Shown here: positions 38,132-47,714 of the stretch, one piece after another
Layout: each line of letters starts with the position of its first letter
Position numbering within the stretch: the stretch's first letter is position 1
From: Candidatus Bathycorpusculum sp.
GTDB taxonomy: Archaea; Thermoproteota; Bathyarchaeia; Bathyarchaeales; Bathycorpusculaceae
DNA length: 64,000 nt
Reading direction: 5' to 3'
NCBI GenBank assembly: GCA_009781395.1
Contig: WQYG01000001.1
Location: 3,526 to 67,525, forward strand
Translations under genes and position numbers: made by a program
The notes under the pieces: model-generated
What the model was told of the DNA's origin: nothing
Seen by the model: the letters and a program-made list of their open reading frames with translations, nothing else
Databases searched by the model: none

Positions 38132-39742
38132 TTATTTTAGTATTTTTTGTAGGTCGTTTTCTGGTGTGGTGATGGGTGTGAGGTTGAATTTTTCTGTGAG
38201 TGTTTTTAGGATGTTTGGGGATATGAATGCGGGTAGGCTGGGTCCTATGTAAATGTTTTTTATACCTATGGATAGTAGTGTTAGTAGGATGCAGATTGCT
38301 TTTTGTTCGTACCATGAGAGTATTAGTGTTAGGGGTAGTTCGTTGATTGTGCAGTTGAAGGTTTTGGATAGGGTGAGGGCGATTTTTATGGCGCTGTAGG
38401 TGTCGTTGCATTGGCCTATGTCCATTATTCGTGGTAAGCCGTTAATTTCGCCTATGTTAAGGTCGTTGAAGCGGTATTTTCCGCATGCTAGTGTGAGTAT
38501 GATGGTGTTTTTGGGGGTTTGTTTTACGAGTTCTGTGTAATAGTTTCGGTTTGGTTTTGTGCCGTCGCAGCCGCCTACGAGCAAAAAGTGTTTGATTGTT
38601 CCGGTTTTTATGGCTTTGATTATTTTGTCGGCTATGGATAGTATGGTGTCTTTTGCAAAGCCGGTGGTTAGGGTGTTGCCGCCGTTGATGCCGGTTGTTT
38701 TGTGGGGTTCTTTGTAGCCGCCAAGTTCTATGGCTTTATTGATTAAGGGGGTAAAATCTTTATCATCATCTATGTGGGTTATGTTTGGATAGGATACTGT
38801 GGATGTTGTGAAGATTTTGTTGGTGTAGGTTGGTTTTGGGGGCATGAGGCAGTTTGTTGTAAATAGTATGGGTGCGGGTATGTTTTCGAATTCGGTTTGT
38901 TGGTTTTGCCATGCGGTGCCAAAGTTGCCTTTGAGGTGGGGGTATTTTTTTAGTTCGGGGTAGCTGTGTGCGGGGAGCATTTCGCTGTGAGTGTAAATGT
39001 TAACGCCTTTGCCTTCGGTTTGTTTTAAGAGCAGTTCTAGGTCATGTAGGTCGTGGCCGGAAATTATTATGAAGGGTCCGGGTTCGATGGTGTAGCTTAC
39101 GTTTGTAGGGGTGGGTTTTCCGTAGGTGTTGGTGTTGGCGGTGTCTAGTAGTTCCATGCATTTCAAGTTGACGTCGCCTAGCTCCATTATGAGTTCAAAT
39201 AGTTTGTTAGGGGTTTGTTCTTCGGTGCCAAGGGCTGTTAGGGCTTTGTAGAAAAAGCTGTTAACGTCATCATTGTTGCTGTAGCCTAAAACTTGTGCGT
39301 GGTGGGCATAAGCTGCCATGCCGCGCAGGCCAAATAGTAGAAGAGATTTTAGGGAACGTATATCTTCATTGTTAGCGTTCCAGAGTTGCGTCATATCATA
39401 TCGGTCAGTATTTTTCAAACCAGTTGAAAGACAATTGTTATGGTTGCTGTCTAGTTGTACGAGTTTTGCTTTTTCTGTTTTGATAAGTTCAATTTGTTGA
39501 CGTATGGTTTCGTCATTAAAGTTTACATTTGTTACTGTAGTAAACAGACTGTCAATTACGTTTTTATGAGTGCTTTTAGAGGGGGCTGTTGTTGTTTTAT
39601 TAATGATTTTTGCAAGTTCTATTAATTCGCCGGTTAGTGTGTCTTGAAGGTTTGCGGTGAGGGCTTTTTTGCCACATACACCGTTAACTGTGCAACCGGT
39701 TCCTTTTGCGGTCTGTTCACATTGAAAACAAAACATTGACAT
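38132..39742 (-). CDS. hcp: Hybrid cluster protein (hydroxylamine/NO reductase)
   Basis: MFCFQCEQT...GCTVNGVCGK, SGHDL, HSEMLPAH, GGCDG, ACGK, DIGQCND, SWYEQK. Confidence 0.95.
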   Translation of the reverse strand: MSMFCFQCEQTAKGTGCTVNGVCGKKALTANLQDTLTGELIELAKIINKTTTAPSKSTHKNVIDSLFTTVTNVNFNDETIRQQIELIKTEKAKLVQLDSNHNNCLSTGLKNTDRYDMTQLWNANNEDIRSLKSLLLFGLRGMAAYAHHAQVLGYSNNDDVNSFFYKALTALGTEEQTPNKLFELIMELGDVNLKCMELLDTANTNTYGKPTPTNVSYTIEPGPFIIISGHDLHDLELLLKQTEGKGVNIYTHSEMLPAHSYPELKKYPHLKGNFGTAWQNQQTEFENIPAPILFTTNCLMPPKPTYTNKIFTTSTVSYPNITHIDDDKDFTPLINKAIELGGYKEPHKTTGINGGNTLTTGFAKDTILSIADKIIKAIKTGTIKHFLLVGGCDGTKPNRNYYTELVKQTPKNTIILTLACGKYRFNDLNIGEINGLPRIMDIGQCNDTYSAIKIALTLSKTFNCTINELPLTLILSWYEQKAICILLTLLSIGIKNIYIGPSLPAFISPNILKTLTEKFNLTPITTPENDLQKILK

Positions 39743-39776
39743 TACATATTTTCCTCCTTCTTTTTTCTTTTTAGGG

Positions 39777-40493
39777 CTAGTTTTTTAAAATTTTGCCATC
39801 TGTAGAGATGACTATGATTTGGCAGGGTATTGTTTTTCCACAGTTTTGGAGTGCGGTTTTTACAGCGTTTTTAATACCATTGCAGCAGGGAACTTCTATT
39901 TGTGTAACTGTAACGGTTTTTATGTCATTTGTTTTTAGAATGGTGGTTAGTTTTTTGGAGTAGTCTTCTTCGTCAAGTTTTGGGCAACCGATTAGGGTTA
40001 TCTTGTTTTTCATGTATGCGTTATGGAAGTTGCCGTAGGCGTAGGCTGTGCAGTCGGCTGCTACAAGTAAATTTGCATTGTTAAAGTATGATGCGTTTGG
40101 GGGTACAAGTTTAATTTGTATAGGCCATTGGTTTAGGTGGGTTTCTGTTGATGGTGTTGGGGTTTGGTTTGGGTTTATTGTTTCGGTGGGGTTTTCGTGT
40201 TTGATTGCGTGTGCTTGTGTGCTGGGGCAGTTGCAGTCTGTAGGTGGGGGCGGGTTGTTTTTTTGGTTGTTTTTTACGGCTGTTTTGTTGTATTCTGTTG
40301 CTTCTCTTTCTTCAAAGGTGATTGCGCCGGTGGGGCATACGGGTAGGCAGTTTCCAAGGCCGTCGCAGTAATCGTCACGTACTAGTTTTGCTTTTCCGTT
40401 AACTATGGCGAGTGCTCCTTCGTGGCAGGCGGATATGCACAAGCTGCAGCCGGTGCATTTTTCATTGTTGATTTTGATAATTTTTCTAATCAT
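39777..40493 (-). CDS. 2x[4Fe-4S] ferredoxin-domain protein associated with hcp
   Basis: CTGCSLCISAC, CDGLGNCLPVC, QWPIQI, ADC, GCPKLD, EVPCC. Confidence 0.9.
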   Translation of the reverse strand: MIRKIIKINNEKCTGCSLCISACHEGALAIVNGKAKLVRDDYCDGLGNCLPVCPTGAITFEEREATEYNKTAVKNNQKNNPPPPTDCNCPSTQAHAIKHENPTETINPNQTPTPSTETHLNQWPIQIKLVPPNASYFNNANLLVAADCTAYAYGNFHNAYMKNKITLIGCPKLDEEDYSKKLTTILKTNDIKTVTVTQIEVPCCNGIKNAVKTALQNCGKTIPCQIIVISTDGKILKN

Positions 40494-40547
40494 GTTGTGT
40501 TCCTTCTTTGGCTGGTTAATGTGTCTTTTTCTGCGATATAAACAATA

Positions 40548-40581
40548 CGTATAAAAACAACGTGCGTGTTATAAAAACAAC
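40548..40581. promoter_or_regulatory. Candidate Crp/Fnr (HcpR-type) operator
   Basis: TATAAAAACAAC twice, 20 bp apart; the second copy forms the quasi-palindrome GTTAT-N4-ACAAC. Confidence 0.4.
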
Positions 40582-40593
40582 AAAGGTGAGGTT

Positions 40594-41259
40594 TTGAAAA
40601 AAATCTTTGAAACAGCAAAAAACAACCCCCTACTACAAGGAATCGCCTTCAGCGACTTTGAACAAATGATGACTTGCCTATCAGCAAAAACAACCACCTA
40701 CAAAAAAGACGACACCATCCTACTAACCGGCAACACCATAAACTTTGTAGGCATAATCCTATCAGGCAGCATAAAAACCCTAAAAGAAGACCCAAACGGC
40801 CAAACCACCCTCCTAACCCAACAAAACGCCCCCGAACTCTTCGGCGAAACATACGCCTGCGCCGGAATCGACCACAGCCCCATCACCATACAAGCAACAG
40901 AAAACAACACAGAAATCCTCCTCATAGACTACAAACGAATCAACACCTCCTGCACCTCAGCCTGCCCCTACCACAGAAGACTAATCAAAAACATGCTAAA
41001 AATAATCGCCACAAAAAACATTATCCTAAACCAAAAAATCGAAATACTCACCAAACGCACAACCAGAGAAAAACTAGTCACATACCTAAACACACAAAAA
41101 GGCCCAACAAAAAAATTCACCATACCCTACAACCGAAAAGAACTAGCCCAACACCTCTGCGTAGACAGAAGCGCCATGTCAAATGAACTATGCAAAATGA
41201 GAAACGAAGGACTAATAAAATTCAACAAAAACACATTCGAAATAATACAGCAACCCTAA
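40594..41259 (+). CDS. Crp/Fnr-family regulator (HcpR-like)
   Basis: GIILSG, FGETYAC cNMP-type domain; RKELAQHLCVDRSAMSNEL HTH; divergent from hcp. Confidence 0.9.
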   Translation: MKKIFETAKNNPLLQGIAFSDFEQMMTCLSAKTTTYKKDDTILLTGNTINFVGIILSGSIKTLKEDPNGQTTLLTQQNAPELFGETYACAGIDHSPITIQATENNTEILLIDYKRINTSCTSACPYHRRLIKNMLKIIATKNIILNQKIEILTKRTTREKLVTYLNTQKGPTKKFTIPYNRKELAQHLCVDRSAMSNELCKMRNEGLIKFNKNTFEIIQQP

Positions 41260-41285
41260 AAATAAAAGAAAACAGGGAAATATTA

Positions 41286-41867
41286 TTAGCGATCTTTTGC
41301 AGGCGTTTCCCATAACTGCATTTTTTCTTTCTTCATTTCAGTACGCTTACGTTGAAGAAATTTGTAAACAGATTTGTGTTCACACCCTTCAATAATCATT
41401 TGAACCGCATGCCTAGCTGCATCAGCCTCTTCATAACTACCGATAATACCTATAGTATGACCATAGACAGTAATATTTGCCTCAGTTAACTCCTCAATTA
41501 AACGTCGAGTCTTACCCTCAGCACCAATAATACGCCCTTTTATACGCTTAATATCCGAATCTGAACGCCCAAAAACAAGACGCAAATCAACTAGATCAAA
41601 CACATCATCTTCATTTCGAATTAACCTAAAAGCCACTTCAGGCGCAAAACCCCGACCAATTGCGGTAACAAGATCTTTAGCACGCAAAAGCATAGAGGGA
41701 TCAGTTTGCTCTTCAGTTAACACAATAGCGATACCACCGTCCTGGCTATCTACTTCAAGTTTAATTTTCAAACGGGTTTCAAGGTAAGTCTTTGTTTTAC
41801 CTTCAGGACCTACTAATATACCTATACGATCTCTTGGAATTCGAACGAAAGAGTCAAGATTTGGCAT
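41286..41867 (-). CDS. KH-domain pre-rRNA processing protein (Dim2/Pno1-like)
   Basis: RIGILVG, AIGRGF, KGRIIGAEGKTRR. Confidence 0.92.
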   Translation of the reverse strand: MPNLDSFVRIPRDRIGILVGPEGKTKTYLETRLKIKLEVDSQDGGIAIVLTEEQTDPSMLLRAKDLVTAIGRGFAPEVAFRLIRNEDDVFDLVDLRLVFGRSDSDIKRIKGRIIGAEGKTRRLIEELTEANITVYGHTIGIIGSYEEADAARHAVQMIIEGCEHKSVYKFLQRKRTEMKKEKMQLWETPAKDR

Positions 41868-42654
41868 GTTTCTTTCCAACAACCTGCTTATGCAATTCTT
41901 CAATAGGAATAACATCTACACTTAACTTATTAAAGAACCTATTTAGATTATTCAAATCTCTCATCAACATAAACTCAGCCATAGGATGCTCAATAGAAAC
42001 CGATTGAGACATATCAATAATAAGCGGCTTACCCTTCCACATCAAAACATTATACTCACTCAAATCACCATGAACTAATCTGGCCTTTTGATAAAGCCGC
42101 CTCAAATTAGTAACCAACAACCTGTACACCTGCACAGGATTTTCAGGAAGGCACTCTTTAAGAGAAGGCGCACTTTTACCATCTTTACCTATAAACTCCA
42201 TAACTAAAACATTACTCTTAACCACCAAAGGCTTAGGCACATTAACCTTTGCCTGACAAGCCTCCTCTAAATTACGAAACTCCTTTTGAGCCCACACCGC
42301 AAAAAGAGAACGCGTATCACGCTTAACATTTTTAAAACGAGGATCACCCTCAATATACTTAAGAATCCCCTTCTTAAACTCTGCCGAGGAAGTTAAATAA
42401 ATTTTCACCGCCAAATCTTTATCTTCCCTAGTTTTACCCCAATAAACCCGCGCTTCCTTACCACTACTAACCACCCCATTAACCTCATGAAGCACACCCG
42501 TTTTAAGCAAATTAAACACAACAAGACGCGTAACCTGATCAAAAACTTCCTCAACAGTAGCACGCTCATTTGCCCTATCGCGATTCAACATTTTATCTCT
42601 ACGTTCTAAACGCTTTTCATTATGCTCCAAACGCTCATGAGCTTTACGTGTCAT
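41854..42654 (-). CDS. rio1: Rio1 serine kinase
   Basis: VSSGKEARVY, AVKIY, NVLVMEFIG, LVHGDLSEYN, IIDMSQ. Confidence 0.94.
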   Translation of the reverse strand: MTRKAHERLEHNEKRLERRDKMLNRDRANERATVEEVFDQVTRLVVFNLLKTGVLHEVNGVVSSGKEARVYWGKTREDKDLAVKIYLTSSAEFKKGILKYIEGDPRFKNVKRDTRSLFAVWAQKEFRNLEEACQAKVNVPKPLVVKSNVLVMEFIGKDGKSAPSLKECLPENPVQVYRLLVTNLRRLYQKARLVHGDLSEYNVLMWKGKPLIIDMSQSVSIEHPMAEFMLMRDLNNLNRFFNKLSVDVIPIEELHKQVVGKKHAKS

Positions 42655-42948
42655 AGTAGTCTACCCGATAACAGTATCCGAGTATTTAAAAACATTTAAA
42701 CAAAAAACAATTAATGCGCCCAATTGGGACAACCATTGCATGGAATTCTATCATAAGCACTTGCCGATCAAAAGGATTTACAAAATTAGTGCAAATATCC
42801 AACCAAGGCAATAATGAGGTTGAATAGAGTGACACATGACACAAGTCTTATGATGAATGATTTCTGTAAATGATACACATGGAAAAGCTGGGATATATTT
42901 ATTTAGATGTACGTGTTAAGCGTTGGCTATAATGGAGAAAAAATAAAA

Positions 42949-45450
42949 ATGAAAGTGTTTAAAACTAAAAATCTATACACAACTTTTGCAATACTTATGA
43001 TACTATCATTTACTATATCAATGCTTACAGTACAAAATGCAAACGCACAAAGTAGAGATACTAAAACGTATCCATTTGCTGACGTAGCACCAAAAACAGT
43101 CGGTGTGGGGCAACCTGCTCTAATTAGTGCTGGTTTGATGGCCCCTTTAAATAATAATAATGATGGCTGGAACATGACTATTTACGTCACTGATCCTGAC
43201 GGTAAAGTTGAAACTTTTCAGCGTAAAACTTTTGCCACAGGCTCAGTAGGCTTCTACTATGCTCCAACAAAAGAAGGAAACTATACAATATACGCTACCT
43301 TTGAACGTACAGAATACCGTGGCGCTTGGTATGCATCAAGTGAAAGCGATAATGCCACATTAACCGTATTAGCAGACTTTTGGTATCCAAGTCATCCAGG
43401 TCATAAGCTTCCAACAGAATATTGGACAAGACCAATTGATGGACAACTACGCGAATGGTACCTAATTGCAGGAAGCTGGGTATATAAACCAAAAAATCTG
43501 TATGCACCATATAATGATGCACCTAAAACTGCACACATTTTGTGGAGTATGCCAATTGGCGACACCCTAGGTGGTCTATCAGGCGGAGAAGCTGGCGCCG
43601 TTGGATTCCAAGATGGAGATGGATACGAAGGTAAATTCTTAAACTCTATTACTATCTGTGGAATTTTGTATTATAACAGATACGTAGCGGCTTCACCACA
43701 ACAAACAATTGTTGCAGTTGATTTACACACAGGAAAAACACTCTGGGAACGATCATACTCCTTTGGAGGCAGCAGAGTTGCACATGGACAAATTCTTGTA
43801 TGGGATTTTGCCAGTAGCCATGGAGCATGGTCATACGTCTGGATGGTTAGCGGTAGTACATGGTATGGTCTTGATGCTGCGACTGGTGATCTTAAATATA
43901 ACATGACTAATGTTCCAAGCGGAACTATTTATCGTGGTTCAAACGGTGAAATGCTAAAATACCGTATGTATAACTATGGAACTGCAGCTAATCCAAATTG
44001 GTATTTGCAGCAATGGAACTCTACATTTGTTGTGAATAATGGTACTCGCATAGGTACAGCTGATGCTTGGGGTGCTAACGTTCAAGGCAGATCATATGAT
44101 GCAACACGTTTAGGTTTTGACCGTAACGTGTCAATTGCAGGGTTAACATTTGTGCCTGGTCAGGCCAACAATCCCAGCGCTGGAGCTACAGTTACACCAA
44201 TAATGGCATATGCCGAAGATAGAGTAATTTTTGGCAACGTTTCAAGAGCAGGCGTAACTCTTACAGTGCTTAGTCTTGATGAAGAAAATCTAGGATATAC
44301 ATTGTGTAACAGAAGAACATGGGATTCACCGGCTGAATGGCAAGATGTTAGTGTAACCGGCAGTCAATCAGGTTGGGCAGGTTTTAGTAAAGAATACAAA
44401 GTAGCTGTTTATTGGACAAAGGAAAACAGAGTTAACTATGCTTTTAGCACAGAAACAGGCAGACTTTTATGGCAAACAGAACCACAAAGCTATGCAGATG
44501 CATGGGGTGGAGTTTCTACTTCCAGAGATGTTCCGGAAAAAATCATTGTAAACAACAAGCTTATTGAAGCAAGCGTTGCAGGTATTGTATACTGCTATGA
44601 CGTAGAGACAGGTAAATTGCTTTGGACACATGAAGCAACAGCAAAAACTACTGATTATCAAGTTATGACAGGAAACTGGTGGTTAATTCCAGTAATTGCT
44701 ACTGATGATATAGTCTATTTTGGTCACCATGAACACTCTGCTGCAACACCTAAAAAGAGAGGTGCACCATTCTTTGCACTTGACATAGAGACTGGTGAAC
44801 TTGTTTGGGAAATTGAGGGTGCATTCCGTCAGACTCGTTGGGGTGGTCCCGCAGTCATTGGCGATAGCATCATTGCAACAATGGACACCTATGATCAACA
44901 AATCTACGCAATAGGTAAGGGTCCAAGTGAATTAACAGTTTCAGCATCTAACGTTATAACCACTTCTTGGCAGCCAATTAAAGTTTCAGGAACAGTCATG
45001 GACGTCTCACCCGGCACACAGCAAGACAATCTAAAACTCCGATTCCCCAATGGTGTACCCGCAGTCGGCGATGAAAGCCAAAGCGAATGGATGCTCTACC
45101 TCTACAAACAATTCGAACAACCAATGACCGTAAAAGGCATAGAAATTACAGTGTACGCATTTGATGGTGAAAATGTAATAGATATCGGAAAAACAACAAG
45201 CGACTCACGGGGCACATATGCAATAGACTGGATTCCAGAAAAAGAAGGCAAATACGACATATGGGCATACTTTGAAGGCACAGAAGCATTCTTTGGCGAC
45301 GACGCAAAAACAGAAGTATCCGTATACGCACCAGCGCCCACACCAGAACCAGAACCAACACCACCATACGAATGGTACATCATCGGCATGGGCATCGCAA
45401 TCATTGCAGCAATCGCTATACACCTACTCATAACTCTTAAAAAGAAATAA
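42949..45450 (+). CDS. Secreted, C-terminally anchored PQQ-like beta-propeller surface protein (paralogue 2)
   Basis: Collinear with 9496-12039; same propeller repeats and PEPTPPYEWYI-TM-KKK end. Confidence 0.85.
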   Translation: MKVFKTKNLYTTFAILMILSFTISMLTVQNANAQSRDTKTYPFADVAPKTVGVGQPALISAGLMAPLNNNNDGWNMTIYVTDPDGKVETFQRKTFATGSVGFYYAPTKEGNYTIYATFERTEYRGAWYASSESDNATLTVLADFWYPSHPGHKLPTEYWTRPIDGQLREWYLIAGSWVYKPKNLYAPYNDAPKTAHILWSMPIGDTLGGLSGGEAGAVGFQDGDGYEGKFLNSITICGILYYNRYVAASPQQTIVAVDLHTGKTLWERSYSFGGSRVAHGQILVWDFASSHGAWSYVWMVSGSTWYGLDAATGDLKYNMTNVPSGTIYRGSNGEMLKYRMYNYGTAANPNWYLQQWNSTFVVNNGTRIGTADAWGANVQGRSYDATRLGFDRNVSIAGLTFVPGQANNPSAGATVTPIMAYAEDRVIFGNVSRAGVTLTVLSLDEENLGYTLCNRRTWDSPAEWQDVSVTGSQSGWAGFSKEYKVAVYWTKENRVNYAFSTETGRLLWQTEPQSYADAWGGVSTSRDVPEKIIVNNKLIEASVAGIVYCYDVETGKLLWTHEATAKTTDYQVMTGNWWLIPVIATDDIVYFGHHEHSAATPKKRGAPFFALDIETGELVWEIEGAFRQTRWGGPAVIGDSIIATMDTYDQQIYAIGKGPSELTVSASNVITTSWQPIKVSGTVMDVSPGTQQDNLKLRFPNGVPAVGDESQSEWMLYLYKQFEQPMTVKGIEITVYAFDGENVIDIGKTTSDSRGTYAIDWIPEKEGKYDIWAYFEGTEAFFGDDAKTEVSVYAPAPTPEPEPTPPYEWYIIGMGIAIIAAIAIHLLITLKKK

Positions 45451-45460
45451 AAACCAACCC

Positions 45461-45490
45461 TCTTTTCTTTTTTTACTTTTTTTACTTTAT
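45461..45490 (+). terminator. Oligo-T terminator
   Basis: T-rich tract just after the stop codon. Confidence 0.5.
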
Positions 45491-45569
45491 TTGGGTGTTA
45501 AGAGAAACCAAACCTTATTCTGTAACTGTGCCTCATATAAGAAAGATATGGAATACCGTAGGCGGGTAT

Positions 45570-46427
45570 ATGACGACCTCTAATGAAAAAGATGTAAAAT
45601 TCAAATTTAATCCTGTTTACTTAGTACCTATACTTGCAAGTATGTTTTTTGGTCTTGGCTGTGCTTGGATTCTAAGGCCTCAACAAGGACCTTATGCACC
45701 TGTATTACCCCCTGTCACCCCCTTTCCTGATGACACCATGTCAGGACCATTGGGTAACGCAATTTTTTTTGTTATCCTAGTTGCGATAAGTGCCACAGTA
45801 TTCTATTTCTTACTTAAACAAAATAAAGTAAAATTCATAAAAATAGCCATTTTATCAGTTATGACTCTTGCCACACTGTTACTCTCCATAATTTACCTCT
45901 CAACACTTTTAGCAAACACCCCCTTTTACAGTCTCCCCTTAATAGGCGCATTAACTATAGGGATAACAATACTGTTTGACTTAGCCATATTCAAATACAC
46001 TAAAGCCCAAAACATAGCAGTCATAGCGTTAGGCGGCGCCTTTGGAGCTCTATTTAGCTTTCTACTACCCCCATACAGCGCCATAGCCATACTAATTTTT
46101 CTTGCAATCTATGACATATTTGCTGTTTACCGTGGACCTGTAGGAAAAATTGCTCAAAACGGAATAGACCAACTAAGCGGACTAAGCTACTCCTTCAAAG
46201 ACATACAAATGGGATTAGGCGATTTATTCTTCTACACCGTACTAGTGGGTATAATGTTTTTCAACTTTCCAAACAGCATACTACCCACAATCATGTCCAT
46301 CATTGGCATCTGCATAGGCTCAATAATCACATTTTACATGCTTGACAAAAAAGGAATCTTTCCAGGACTACCCTTCCCCATCGCCATAGGACTACCCCTC
46401 GGCTTTATCACAGCCCTACTCATCTAA
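45570..46427 (+). CDS. Presenilin/SPP-like GxGD intramembrane aspartyl protease
   Basis: AIYDIFAV (YD), MGLGD (GxGD), PGLP (PAL-like); multiple TM helices. Confidence 0.88.
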   Translation: MTTSNEKDVKFKFNPVYLVPILASMFFGLGCAWILRPQQGPYAPVLPPVTPFPDDTMSGPLGNAIFFVILVAISATVFYFLLKQNKVKFIKIAILSVMTLATLLLSIIYLSTLLANTPFYSLPLIGALTIGITILFDLAIFKYTKAQNIAVIALGGAFGALFSFLLPPYSAIAILIFLAIYDIFAVYRGPVGKIAQNGIDQLSGLSYSFKDIQMGLGDLFFYTVLVGIMFFNFPNSILPTIMSIIGICIGSIITFYMLDKKGIFPGLPFPIAIGLPLGFITALLI

Positions 46428-46451
46428 AAACAAACAAAAGTTTAGTTGAAC

Positions 46452-46928
46452 CTAAAGAATATACTGTTCAACATAAACGGTAGGCACACCCATACGAGCA
46501 GCAGTTTCAGCTACCGATAAACCACTGCTAATAAATCGTTTAACAACAACCCCCATATCTTCACCAACTTCAATAATATGACGATCGGGGTCATAGAAAC
46601 GAATAGCACGTTGCCCCCAAGGATGTTCATACAACAAATGAACATAACATATATCCCCTCGTTGACTTAACAGATTACAGAAAGAGTCAATATCTCTTGT
46701 TTCAAAACACAACTCTCCAGCATTATTTCCAAAAAGGATGTTATCTTCACTTTTTTGAATAAACCCTTTCCAAGTGTCAAGAGTTTGAAGAGCTATTCCA
46801 CCCGTTAAAGTTACATTTGCACCCAAATCCGATTCAACCTTAAGACCAAGAACCTCTTTGTAAAACCGTTTGGACACCTCAATATCCTTAACAGAAATCA
46901 ATACACCCAAATATTTCATTTTACACAT
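46452..46928 (-). CDS. VOC/glyoxalase-family protein
   Basis: ISVKDIEVSKRFY, ELCFE, HPWGQRAIRFYDPDRHIIEVGE. Confidence 0.88.
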   Translation of the reverse strand: MCKMKYLGVLISVKDIEVSKRFYKEVLGLKVESDLGANVTLTGGIALQTLDTWKGFIQKSEDNILFGNNAGELCFETRDIDSFCNLLSQRGDICYVHLLYEHPWGQRAIRFYDPDRHIIEVGEDMGVVVKRFISSGLSVAETAARMGVPTVYVEQYIL

Positions 46929-46940
46929 CTCAACTTTTTA

Positions 46941-47531
46941 CTAACTTTGGGTTAACCCCACATTGGGGTAATGTTCTACAAAGATGTCACGGATTTGTTC
47001 AGGTTTCTCAATAACATGCATACCCGTCATTTGCTCAAGTTTACGTACTTGCTCAGCTTCTTCTTTGCGTACCTGAATTTTTATGGTTTTACCGTTAGGT
47101 ATTACTGTTTCAACAACACTTTCTTTATAATCCGTGGGCAAAACATAGACTTCCCCAAACGCTTTCAAACTCATAATAACCGAGTTAGTGATTAGGGTAT
47201 CTCCAATACTGTTAACAATTTTAGCAACTGTATTAGAACTCGTTGGAGCAACAAGCATGAAATCATATTTCCCACTTTGTAACCAAGACGCCAAAAACGG
47301 TGCATTAGCATTCATTTCAACTCTAAAATTAGTAAACTCTTGCTTCAAAATTTCAAACTGTTTATAAAACCTAAGCATAGTCTCACCATTCTTAGAAACA
47401 AACACATGAATATCCACTTTTGAAGCATACTGCTCCTTAAGCTCAAGCATCACCTTGACAATCTCAACAATTTTATCGCCACCACCAGTTATACCCCAAG
47501 CAACTTTATGCTTTTTTTGTGTCTTACTCAA
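46941..47531 (-). CDS. Archaeal flavoprotein (AfpA/HFCD family)
   Basis: AWGITGGG, VAPTSSNTVAKI...DTLIT. Confidence 0.8.
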   Translation of the reverse strand: MSKTQKKHKVAWGITGGGDKIVEIVKVMLELKEQYASKVDIHVFVSKNGETMLRFYKQFEILKQEFTNFRVEMNANAPFLASWLQSGKYDFMLVAPTSSNTVAKIVNSIGDTLITNSVIMSLKAFGEVYVLPTDYKESVVETVIPNGKTIKIQVRKEEAEQVRKLEQMTGMHVIEKPEQIRDIFVEHYPNVGLTQS

Positions 47532-47714
47532 TTACTTTCACCTATACTATAATACCCCTACATTCTTTTAACTGTTTCATCTTAATTTTAAATATACAAA
47601 CCATTTACATCCATAGATAATGTCGGATAGGCTACAAAAATCAAATATTAAATAAAAATATTCAAAAATTTTAAATAAAAAAATAAAAATTAAAGAAAGA
47701 AGAGTTGTTTGAGG

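Noticed and set aside
42660-42900. Expected aIF-1A gene or a C/D-box RNA upstream of rio1
   Set aside because: No eIF1A-like frame and no complete C-box/D-box pair were found; probably only a synteny break.
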